Below, one piece after another: positions 1-8,443 of a stretch of 22,957 nt of DNA. The notes under the pieces were generated by a model that was not told the origin of the DNA, did not search any database, and saw nothing but the letters and a program-made list of their open reading frames with translations. Source of the stretch: an uncultured archaeon (GTDB lineage Archaea > Asgardarchaeota > Lokiarchaeia > Sigyniarchaeales > SOKP01); assembly GCA_964525635.1 (NCBI GenBank), contig CAZGJX010000070.1:1-22957 (forward strand). Direction: 5' to 3'. The position numbers were made by a program, and so were the translations under genes. Numbering within the stretch: position 1 is the stretch's first letter; each line of letters starts with the position of its first letter.

Positions 1-2
1 AC

Positions 3-302
3 TTTTGGGATATCTTTCCCGGTATATATTCCCTCAACTACTATATAAGAGGAGATGCTATTGATAATGTGTTTAGATTTATGTTCGCCTTCATAGGATT
101 ATTCTTTACCGATTTACTTTTCCCCAGAAAGAAGATATTTATCAATGAAAATGAAGGAAATAATTTAAAAATCCAATTTTCGCCCATTATAATCGAGGAG
201 AAATTTAAGAGGAGCTCGTGGCATACATTATATATTTGCTTACTAATATTGATCTGTTATATCCTTATCTTTTTTGTACATATATATAATTACTTATTTT
301 AA
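3..302 (+). CDS. Membrane protein, 5'-truncated by the window edge
   Basis: Frame +3 is open from base 3 (FWDIFPGIYSLNYYIRGDAIDNV...) into the listed 69..302 ORF, so the GTG at 69 is probably internal. It has two hydrophobic segments (FMFAFIGLFF; LYICLLILICYILIFFV). Confidence 0.6.
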   Translation, partial: FWDIFPGIYSLNYYIRGDAIDNVFRFMFAFIGLFFTDLLFPRKKIFINENEGNNLKIQFSPIIIEEKFKRSSWHTLYICLLILICYILIFFVHIYNYLF

Positions 303-339
303 CCAAAGAACAAAATAAAACTTATAATGTAGATCAATA

Positions 340-825
340 ATGTTTGGAATCGATATGAATAAATTTCTTAAAATTAACCAAAAATATATTAATTGGTGTA
401 TCCCTGCTTGTATACAAAATATATTTGAATATTATGATGTAAAAATATATGATCAAAAGGATATATTTAACCTATTTACTGGAAAATATATGAAAGATCC
501 CTATTTTAAATATTATGTAGAATTGATTAACAATGAAATACCTGAATTTAAAGCGTATTATAAGGAATTCAGTGGTGATATTGATGCATTTAAAAATTTC
601 ATAATAAATCAATTAAAGCAGAGGTCACCTGTTATAATTTCATTGATTGTATTAAATGATCCACGCGCTCATGCTGGAGTCATTGTAAAGTATGAAAATA
701 ATACTTTTAGTTATTTTGATCCAAATCCATACAAAGATATCGAATTAGTAAAATCTCAAGATTTTGAGAAAATACTAATGGGGGGCAGTTATGACATCAT
801 ATTGATATTAAAAGATGATTTGTAA
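340..825 (+). CDS. Papain-fold cysteine peptidase, C39-like family
   Basis: The catalytic Q/C/H/D order typical of C39-like peptidases is present: Q-x5-C (NQKYINWCIPAC), a PVII strand, H in AHAGVIVKY and D in YFDP. No signal peptide. Confidence 0.75.
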   Translation: MFGIDMNKFLKINQKYINWCIPACIQNIFEYYDVKIYDQKDIFNLFTGKYMKDPYFKYYVELINNEIPEFKAYYKEFSGDIDAFKNFIINQLKQRSPVIISLIVLNDPRAHAGVIVKYENNTFSYFDPNPYKDIELVKSQDFEKILMGGSYDIILILKDDL

Positions 826-1576
826 AATTATAAAAAAAGAAAAAGATGATGATGTAATTAGCAACTCTTTAAGCATTAATTATTACCGAAAGACCGCTGT
901 TGAATCCGTTCTAATTCCAACTGCTTTCATACTCAGAGAACAAATCGAAAGCATTATAGAAATTGGAAATTTCCTCAAAGAAATGGCTATCAGAGCACGA
1001 GATCTAGGATTTGGCCCCCTAAGAATATATGGCTATAGAGCTAATGAAGGAGGTGTTGGTTTCGACTCAAGTACAACAAGTTATAGACCAGAAATATGCT
1101 CAGCGAACGAATATGATATAAATATGCCCGGTATCCATCCTTTAAACAGCAGATTTTTCACCCTCGATCCGGATCATCTCGATCAATTCAATTTTCATTT
1201 ATTCCTAGGTGCTCTGCTTGCAGATAATCAAATCTTTATTGTCAGAGCAGGTATAGATTCCAACGGAAATCCATTAATGTGGAAAAATGAAATCCTTTTC
1301 GCCTTCAGCTTCTTAACAAAAGATATATTCCCTGAATTAATTCTCAGACATAAAGAAAGAGCTGAAAAACCCAGCTGGGCAGAATATAATAATGGATTTT
1401 TATACCCTCACAATCTTGACGAATATATCATCCTAAATCAACTATGGTCTAATGTTCAAGAAAGTTTTATTGAAAATCAAGTATTTATCACGTCCCATAG
1501 ATTTAACTCACATACAGATTGGTACAGAGCTTGTACCATGGCAGCAGGGCTCCCTCCATCATTAGAGCATTTCTAA
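815..1576 (+). CDS. Hypothetical protein (start uncertain)
   Basis: 253-aa ORF overlapping the peptidase gene by 11 nt, with globular composition and no recognised motif. A T-rich tract follows it. Confidence 0.65.
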   Translation: MICKIIKKEKDDDVISNSLSINYYRKTAVESVLIPTAFILREQIESIIEIGNFLKEMAIRARDLGFGPLRIYGYRANEGGVGFDSSTTSYRPEICSANEYDINMPGIHPLNSRFFTLDPDHLDQFNFHLFLGALLADNQIFIVRAGIDSNGNPLMWKNEILFAFSFLTKDIFPELILRHKERAEKPSWAEYNNGFLYPHNLDEYIILNQLWSNVQESFIENQVFITSHRFNSHTDWYRACTMAAGLPPSLEHF

Positions 1577-1616
1577 TTAAAAAAAAATATTTTTCCTTTT
1601 TATTTTTTTCACTCCA

Positions 1617-2750
1617 TTATTTACATCTGGGATATGCCTTACCATCATGAATATAAAATAGATCTTGTCGCTCTAGGTTCTTGAGTTTAGCCAATGATTC
1701 TGGAAAATTACTTCTAATTTTTCCCTCATCTACCCATAGCGTCCTTAAATTTGTGAGATTTCCCATCGAATCAGGTAAAGATATAATATTATTGTTTGAT
1801 AAATTAAGAGTTTTAAGCGATTTTAATATTCCAATGGAAGATGGAAGCTTATTAATAGAATTGTTGCTTAGGATTAGATATTCCAGATTCTTTAATTCAC
1901 CTATAGTAGATGGAATCCTCTCTACTGAATTGTGGGTTAAATTTAATTCAACAAGATTTTGTAATTTTCCAATGTCAGAAGGTAATTCTCTTAAATTACA
2001 GTTATTGATTTTCAAGATTTCCAAATTTTTTAGATTTACAATGGATTTTGGAAGCTCTTCTATTTCCAAGTTTCTAAGCCTCAGACAATCAATATGAATC
2101 CCCTTAATGCTGAATGAAAAATCATAAGTTGAATCTATATCCCCATGATTATCCATATCAAAATTGAAAATAGGTTTTCTTTTTAGTTTGTCTTCTAATT
2201 CTTTTAGTGGTTTTGCCTCCGCCTCTGGAAATAGGGCCCAGAACTCCTCTCGTGTAAGATAATCCAAATGGCCCTCTATTGCTAAAAATTTATTGGCTGT
2301 TGGATACCCCTCTGAAAAGCGCTTCGCAAGCTCGTCTTTAAATATCCTTTTCGCCAACGGATCCCCTACATCCGCCAACTTCTTCAATAAAGGAATCGCC
2401 AAATTGGAATGAAGCAATCGTGAATCATAATTATTCTCAGCCCACGCTTGCAGGTTGGAGCAATGACCCCAGAACTCCTCTTCTAACGTCAAATCATGCT
2501 GCTTTTCAAGTTCTTTTACTCTTTCCTTGAATTTATATTCTTCCAATAGAGAACGCTCATAGACCTCCGCGGCGCCATCAATAGAATTAATCTCATCATA
2601 ATCCTCGATTCTTTCCATAGGGATTTGAATAAGAAGCTTCTTACAATGAATAAAATGCTCCCCATCTATATAGATAATTGTCCCGACATTATAAGGGGCC
2701 TCTAACTTAAGCGTAATGTGCTCGTTTATCTTAAATTCTGCAAATATCAA
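1617..2750 (-). CDS. Leucine-rich repeat protein with the Lokiarchaeia-type N-terminal domain
   Basis: The N-terminal motifs EFKINEHITLKLE...EEEFWGHCSNLQAWAENNYDSRLLHSNLAIPLLKKL...GDP are followed by about 5-6 23-aa LRRs (LPxxIGxLxNLxxLxLxxNxI). TTG start. Confidence 0.9.
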   Translation of the reverse strand: MIFAEFKINEHITLKLEAPYNVGTIIYIDGEHFIHCKKLLIQIPMERIEDYDEINSIDGAAEVYERSLLEEYKFKERVKELEKQHDLTLEEEFWGHCSNLQAWAENNYDSRLLHSNLAIPLLKKLADVGDPLAKRIFKDELAKRFSEGYPTANKFLAIEGHLDYLTREEFWALFPEAEAKPLKELEDKLKRKPIFNFDMDNHGDIDSTYDFSFSIKGIHIDCLRLRNLEIEELPKSIVNLKNLEILKINNCNLRELPSDIGKLQNLVELNLTHNSVERIPSTIGELKNLEYLILSNNSINKLPSSIGILKSLKTLNLSNNNIISLPDSMGNLTNLRTLWVDEGKIRSNFPESLAKLKNLERQDLFYIHDGKAYPRCK

Positions 2751-2781
2751 TTTAAATTGTGAACCTTTTATTTTATTTTTT

Positions 2782-2820
2782 TTTTGTTTTCTTTTGTTTT
2801 CTTTTGTTTTCTTTTGTTTT
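2782..2820. repeat. Tandem 10-mer repeat (CTTTTGTTTT)x3 plus a partial copy
   Basis: Read directly at 2791-2820 and preceded by TTTTGTTTT. It lies 30-70 nt upstream of the LRR gene start. Confidence 0.9.
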
Positions 2821-3009
2821 TTTATTTGTTTCCTTATATTTATAAAAGAAATTTACCGTTTTAAATTTAAGCGCCCCCACGATTTACTATTTAATATGTA
2901 AAGGATAAGTAATTAATAAATAGTTATTCTTTCAGATCAATAACAATCCACCGCCTGATCAAGACCTCTTCATAATCCTTTTAGCTCTTTACTATTGCTA
3001 CTCCTTAAT

Positions 3010-3048
3010 TAGTAAAATAGTAAAATAGTAAAATAGTAAAATAGAAAA
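3010..3048. repeat. Tandem 8-mer repeat (TAGTAAAA)x4 plus a degenerate copy
   Basis: Perfect copies start at 3010, 3018, 3026 and 3034, then TAGAAAA at 3042. Confidence 0.9.
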
Positions 3049-3154
3049 TTAGTAACTCACTAAATTAGCTAAATTATACATCTTAACTTATTAAAAATGA
3101 ATAATTTTATTGCATAATCACTATAAATTAACAGCCTTATTCCTAAAAAATATG

Positions 3155-3332
3155 CATATGATCATCATAATTCTTAATTTTTAATAAAATGTTCATAAAT
3201 TAATCCATTTTTTATAAGTAGAATGATCATATGATTATAAGAATGTTGATTCTGTGGGCAAATGGTTCACTATATGTAAATTAAGTGATCATAATAATAA
3301 TATTTATAAATAATACTTAATTAATTGATCAA
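3155..3332 (+). promoter_or_regulatory. Putative glnA regulatory region with clustered TGATCA palindromes and TATA-like boxes
   Basis: TGATCA occurs at 3159, 3224, 3286 and 3326, with a TGTTCA variant at 3190. TATA-like boxes are TTTATAAG at 3211 and TTTATAAA at 3303. Confidence 0.4.
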
Positions 3333-3424
3333 AAGATAATATGTTTTTTATACACAAAATATAAAATGTTATATGACGTGTCAATAAAAAATAAAAATTA
3401 AAATAAAAAATAATACAAAAAATT

Positions 3425-4780
3425 ATGATTGAAAAAAACGACCCTAATCGTAAAAAAATTTGCGAAAAAGTTATAGAAACTGTTAAAGAACAAAATATAA
3501 AATTCATTTATCTACAATTTACAGACATACATGGAATTATTAAATCTTTTGAAATTAATTCTAAACGTATTGAGGATTTCTTAGAAGAAGGAGAAAATTT
3601 CGATGGAAGCTCAATTACAGGTTATGGGGCGATTGAAGAAAGTGATAAAGTAGCAATTCCAGATCCAAGTACTTTTTATATTTTACCTTGGAGAAAAGAA
3701 AATAAAGTTGCTCGAGTCATCTGTGATATCTATAAACCAGATGGAGCCCGATATGAAGGCGACCCAAGATATATCCTACAAAAAACTCTGAAAAAAGCGG
3801 AGGAATTGGGATATACTTATAATTGTGCTCCTGAAATGGAGTTCTTTATTCTCAACGAGGAGATTCAGGCGAAAGGGTTCAAGCCCTCGGACATGAAAGG
3901 TTATTTCGATTACGATCCGTATGATCTCCAGGAAAAAATGAGATATACCATAGCAGAATATTGTGATGCCATGGGAATTGAAATTGAAGCCCTTCACCAC
4001 GAAGTTGCTTATGGTCAACATGAAGTAGACTTTAAATATGATAAAGCAGTTAAATCTGCTGATAATACGATTACAATTAAGACAATCATAAAGACTGTGG
4101 CTGCTTTTAATAAAATGACAGCTACATTTATGCCTAAGCCTTTTGCGGGGATTAATGGTTCTGGTATGCATGTCCACCAAAGTCTTTGGAAAGATGGGAA
4201 AAACGCTTTTTATGACGAATCGGATGAGGATAATATTTCATTAACTATGAAAAAATGGATTGCTGGACAATTAAAACACGCAAAATCAATGTGTGCCGTA
4301 TTATCAAGTTGGCCAAACTCCTATAAAAGATTAGTTCCCGGTTATGAAGCCCCTGTTTATGTTGCATGGGGTTTTAGAAATCGATCTCCTTTAATTCGTG
4401 TTCCTGATTTCCATGGCCATCCTAATGCGGCTAGAAATGAAATTCGATGCCCTGATCCTGCTGGTAATCCTTATTTACAATTTGCTGTATTGGTTGGAAC
4501 AGGTTTAGATGGACTTATTTCTGAAGATATCCAAATCCCTGAAGCCACTGATAAAAATGTGTATCATTTCTCAACAAAAGATCTTGAAAAAGCAGGAATT
4601 AATTCATTACCTGGTAGTTTAAATGAAGCTCTTAAAGAATTCAAACAATCTAATATGATGAAAGAAATTTTTGGTGATGAAATGTTTAAAAACTATTATT
4701 ATGCAAAACTTGAGGAAAATGACGCATATCGCCTTGTTGTGTCAGACTGGGAACGAGATAGATATATAACAAGATTGTAA
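3425..4780 (+). CDS. glnA: Glutamine synthetase type I (GSI-alpha-like)
   Basis: Canonical motifs are present: LQFTDIHG, FDGSSI, PEMEFF, HHEVAYGQHE, ATFMPKP..GINGSGMHVHQSLW, NSYKRLVPGYEAP, NRSPLIRVP, EIRCPDPAGNPYL. The 451-aa length fits GSI-alpha. Confidence 0.98.
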   Translation: MIEKNDPNRKKICEKVIETVKEQNIKFIYLQFTDIHGIIKSFEINSKRIEDFLEEGENFDGSSITGYGAIEESDKVAIPDPSTFYILPWRKENKVARVICDIYKPDGARYEGDPRYILQKTLKKAEELGYTYNCAPEMEFFILNEEIQAKGFKPSDMKGYFDYDPYDLQEKMRYTIAEYCDAMGIEIEALHHEVAYGQHEVDFKYDKAVKSADNTITIKTIIKTVAAFNKMTATFMPKPFAGINGSGMHVHQSLWKDGKNAFYDESDEDNISLTMKKWIAGQLKHAKSMCAVLSSWPNSYKRLVPGYEAPVYVAWGFRNRSPLIRVPDFHGHPNAARNEIRCPDPAGNPYLQFAVLVGTGLDGLISEDIQIPEATDKNVYHFSTKDLEKAGINSLPGSLNEALKEFKQSNMMKEIFGDEMFKNYYYAKLEENDAYRLVVSDWERDRYITRL

Positions 4781-4803
4781 ATTATAATTAATCTATTTAT
4801 TAC

Positions 4804-4820
4804 TATTTTTTTTATTTTTA
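4804..4820 (+). terminator. Oligo-T archaeal terminator candidate after glnA
   Basis: A T8-A-T5 tract lies ~25 nt after the stop codon. Confidence 0.45.
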
Positions 4821-5127
4821 TATTATAAGTAATCTCAAACTCAATAATATTTTCTTCCACATTCTTATAATCAGGATTTAATTCAATTGTTTTTTTATAG
4901 AAATCTTATGTAAATTCATTTTACTTAGTGTATTTAAAGGTATTATCCAAATTATACTATAATTCATACTTATTTGAATTATAATATATAGCAATATTAA
5001 TATATTGAATAATTTTCTCTTAATTAGATTTCTCAAAATAATAATTGCCAAAAAATTTAAATGTATTTTTCGATCATTGTATTTTCATATTCTTTATATG
5101 GATAAATTATAATCCAAAAAGAGAACA

Positions 5128-5163
5128 AATATTCAAAGATTTCCCATATGATTTTATAAGTAT
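5128..5163 (+). promoter_or_regulatory. Conserved promoter block, copy 1 (upstream element + BRE/TATA)
   Basis: Sequence AATATTCAAAGATTTCCCATATGATTTTATAAGTAT. The last 24 nt are identical to 8401-8424. The TATA-like TTTATAAG sits ~30 nt before the ATG. Confidence 0.75.
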
Positions 5164-5187
5164 CTAATATATAATTTTTATTGTAAT

Positions 5188-8100
5188 ATGCATAGATTTT
5201 TTAAAAAATTAAAAAGCAAATATAACAATTATTTTTTAAAATCGGTTTTAATTTTCAGTTTTATATTGATAATTTTTTTATCAAATTTCATAGTTCACAA
5301 ATTAAATATTCATAATAATAATATTTCAGAAAAAAATAAAGGTTTAAAAACTAATGATTCAGAAATAATAATACTCACACCAGAAGATATAACATACACA
5401 GAGCCAATGGAAGGGCATTATCTTGGAAAAGATTCAGATTTTATTGATTTATATTATACAATTGGGAACTCTTCAATATCTTTAGTAGATTCATATAATG
5501 GACATAATAATGTTCTTCGTTTATATGTTGATTCTAAGTTTGATTTTACAACCATGAGAAATTATTTAGAGGGAGGAGCTCAAGAAGATGAAATAATAGA
5601 ATATTATTATGCTCCTGCGTCTAATGGCTCTACTAATGCCGCCACTTACTTATATACTAAAGAAGAAGGAGAGGAGTTGGTTCAAATGAGAATGGGATGG
5701 AAATATGGAGATCTCGAATATTATTCAGGAGGTAAATGGAATATACTTACCAATGGTACATTCAGCTTGGGAAATTGGTATCATATTAAAATAATAACAA
5801 ATGATTCAGCTGATACATATGAAGTCTATATAAATAGTTCATTAATAGGTAGTAGCATTCCCTATACTTCTCCCTCTATTATTGGAGCAGATAGTATGGA
5901 AATAGCGAGTGATTCATTGAATCAGACTTTAGAATGTTATATCGATGCGATTGGACTTCCTAATAGAGATCCTTATTACAAGGAAGGAGATAATCTTGAG
6001 AAAGGTTTTTTTATTAGCTATACTAACACAACAGCATTAAATTGGACGGGTTATTCTTTAGATGGACAAGTTAATCGAACTATATTAAGGAATACAACAA
6101 TTCCTTTACCCAAAAACGGTCAACATACGATTCAATTATTTGGAAATTCTACTTTAGGAACTTATTATGCTTCGGATATAAGAGAATTTATAGTTGATTA
6201 TCATCCAATAGAGATTATTACTCCTGAAAATAAGAGCTATACAGAACCTATGAAGGGACATTTTCCCGGGAAGGATTCAGATTTTATGGACTTATATTCA
6301 GCACTTGGATCATCTTCAATATCTTTGGTTGATTCCTATAATGGACATAATAATGTTCTCCGAATAGAGGTTGGACCTTCTGAACTTACATTTATGGACT
6401 GCTTCTTGGAAGGTGGAGCACAAGAAAATGAGATAATTGAGTTTTATTATGCTCCTGCTTATAATGGATCTGTTGATAGTACTTTCTTTTATACAATGGA
6501 ACAACTGAATAAACTAGTTCAAATGAGATGGGGATGGAACTATGGAGATCTTGAATACTATGCAGGAGGTAAATGGAATATAATTACCAATGATATATTT
6601 AGCTTGGGAAAGTGGTATCATATTAAAATAATAACGGACGATTCAGCTAATAATTATGAAGTTTACGTTAATGGTGAATTAATGGGTAGCAGTATTCCGT
6701 ATACGACTTCCTCTATTATTGGAGCAGATCGGGTGACATTTGGTAGTACTTCACTGGATCAGTCTTTAGAATGTTATATCGATGCTATTGGGCTCCCTAA
6801 TAGAGATTTATATTATAAGGAAGGAGATAATCTCAGAGAAGGGCTTTTATTTAGCTATAGAAGTTCCACAAATTTAGAATGGATAGGATATACATTAGAT
6901 GGGAACAATAATCAAACAATTTCAGGGAATACAACAATATCTTTGCCCGAAAATGGTCCTCATACTCTTCAAGTATTTGGTAATTCTTCTTCTGGAAATT
7001 ACTATACTTCAAAAATAAGAGAATTTACAGTTAACTATTACCCTATAAAGATAATTAGTCCAGAGAATAAAATATACTCTGAACCCATGAGAGGATATTA
7101 TCCAGCTACATATGGATTTGAAAAGGATGAACTTGGTAATTTTCCTAATGATTGGGGTATATTTGAATATGGTGGTGGTATTGCTCGAGTAGTTGAAATA
7201 AAAGATACTCATAAGAAAGTATTAGAATTATATGATAATGTTCCAGCAGCAGGGCAATCCGTTGTATTAAATAACACATTTTCAGAACAAAACTATGGAA
7301 CTGTGGAATTTTGGATATGTAGTGATGATATTTCTAAATCATCTGGATTCTCTATAAGGAATGGGAATACTATTATTACCGGTTTTAGTATTGATAATGG
7401 TCAATTTTATACTACGATACAAGGAGGTAGTTATGCTATTCCGGGACTTACAGTGGTAAATGATCTGTTTTATCAGATTCGAATCGATTTTGAACTAACT
7501 ACAGGGAGTTATATGGGATTAAGTCAAAATAGATGTCAATTTATTATCGATGGAAATCCTTTTGGTCCATTTGAAATGTATAATATTCTTCCAGTTAATC
7601 TTGTCTCTTTAGAAACATATAGTTATGATGGAGATTATTCTTCTTTCTACGATGCAATAGGATATTCTTGGGATCCAGATTATAATATAGGTGATAATCT
7701 TAATGAAGGATTATTACTCAGCTATACAAGTACCATTCAATTAGATTGGATGGAATATTCCTTAGATGGCCAATCTAATCGAACTATTTTAGGAAATACA
7801 ACCATTCAATTTCCTGAAATTGGTCAACATACTATTCAAGTATTTGGTAATACCTCTTCAGGAAGTTATTATACTTCTGATATAAGACAATTCATAATTG
7901 ATTTATCACCACCAAGTATTATTGGTATAGATATTGTTATTGAAATAGAACTAAACAGTATATGTAAGATTCAGTGGACTTTAACAGATGAAAGTGGTGG
8001 AATTTATATGATATTAATAAATAAACAGATTGAAAGTATAGGAGAATTCACTAATAACGAAATAATTTCTATTATAGTAGATACCTCTAAAGTAGGGTAT

Positions 8101-8292
8101 TTTAATTATACTATAATAGCTATAGATCCGTCAGACAAATCTACTAGCCATTCTGTAATCGTACATGTAAAACATAAAGATACCGAATCAAAAATTCCAG
8201 GATACAATATAATTATCCTTCTTGCTATATTGTCTCTCTTCATATGTATTATAAATTATTTAATGAGAAGTAAATTCAGAATAAAAATATGA
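5188..8292 (+). CDS. Large cell-surface glycoprotein: 3 x (Ig-like frame + ConA/LamG-like insert), C-terminal Ig-like domain, Loki-CTERM-type sorting signal
   Basis: N-terminal basic + hydrophobic signal. The ~280-aa modules start at ~5365, 6208 and 7045 (I.I.TPE..TY...WYHIKI...Y.VYING...YIDA...GDNL..G...W.GYSLDG..N.TI.GNTTI.LP..G.HTIQ.FGN). Many NxT/S sequons. IPGY at 8194 is followed by a TM helix and basic tail. Confidence 0.85.
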   Translation: MHRFFKKLKSKYNNYFLKSVLIFSFILIIFLSNFIVHKLNIHNNNISEKNKGLKTNDSEIIILTPEDITYTEPMEGHYLGKDSDFIDLYYTIGNSSISLVDSYNGHNNVLRLYVDSKFDFTTMRNYLEGGAQEDEIIEYYYAPASNGSTNAATYLYTKEEGEELVQMRMGWKYGDLEYYSGGKWNILTNGTFSLGNWYHIKIITNDSADTYEVYINSSLIGSSIPYTSPSIIGADSMEIASDSLNQTLECYIDAIGLPNRDPYYKEGDNLEKGFFISYTNTTALNWTGYSLDGQVNRTILRNTTIPLPKNGQHTIQLFGNSTLGTYYASDIREFIVDYHPIEIITPENKSYTEPMKGHFPGKDSDFMDLYSALGSSSISLVDSYNGHNNVLRIEVGPSELTFMDCFLEGGAQENEIIEFYYAPAYNGSVDSTFFYTMEQLNKLVQMRWGWNYGDLEYYAGGKWNIITNDIFSLGKWYHIKIITDDSANNYEVYVNGELMGSSIPYTTSSIIGADRVTFGSTSLDQSLECYIDAIGLPNRDLYYKEGDNLREGLLFSYRSSTNLEWIGYTLDGNNNQTISGNTTISLPENGPHTLQVFGNSSSGNYYTSKIREFTVNYYPIKIISPENKIYSEPMRGYYPATYGFEKDELGNFPNDWGIFEYGGGIARVVEIKDTHKKVLELYDNVPAAGQSVVLNNTFSEQNYGTVEFWICSDDISKSSGFSIRNGNTIITGFSIDNGQFYTTIQGGSYAIPGLTVVNDLFYQIRIDFELTTGSYMGLSQNRCQFIIDGNPFGPFEMYNILPVNLVSLETYSYDGDYSSFYDAIGYSWDPDYNIGDNLNEGLLLSYTSTIQLDWMEYSLDGQSNRTILGNTTIQFPEIGQHTIQVFGNTSSGSYYTSDIRQFIIDLSPPSIIGIDIVIEIELNSICKIQWTLTDESGGIYMILINKQIESIGEFTNNEIISIIVDTSKVGYFNYTIIAIDPSDKSTSHSVIVHVKHKDTESKIPGYNIIILLAILSLFICIINYLMRSKFRIKI

Positions 8293-8391
8293 GTTCTAAT
8301 TTCTTAAAAATAACTTAAAATAATAAAAATATTAAATAATTATTTTCTTTTAGGATTGTTCATAGATACTAATTAATAAGAAATAATCTAC

Positions 8392-8424
8392 ATTCAATTT
8401 TTTCCCATATGATTTTATAAGTAT
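8392..8424 (+). promoter_or_regulatory. Conserved promoter block, copy 2
   Basis: ATTCAA-ttt-TTTCCCATATGATTTTATAAGTAT, with the same spacing as copy 1. Confidence 0.75.
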
Positions 8425-8443
8425 TCAATAAAAATTGTTTATT

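Noticed and set aside
1681-2097. 138-aa plus-strand ORF
   Set aside because: It is an antisense shadow of the LRR repeats.
2716-2901. 61-aa Phe-rich ORF
   Set aside because: It is a translation of the T-rich tandem repeat and overlaps the LRR start in antisense.
3304-4180. Minus-strand ORFs 3304-3507 and 3776-4180
   Set aside because: Both are antisense to glnA or its leader and show no protein-like motifs.
5398-6843. Modules 1 and 2 of the first surface gene as a diversity-generating retroelement TR/VR pair
   Set aside because: Differences are largely synonymous and include many non-adenine changes. Both copies are in-frame coding sequence, and no reverse transcriptase is in the window.
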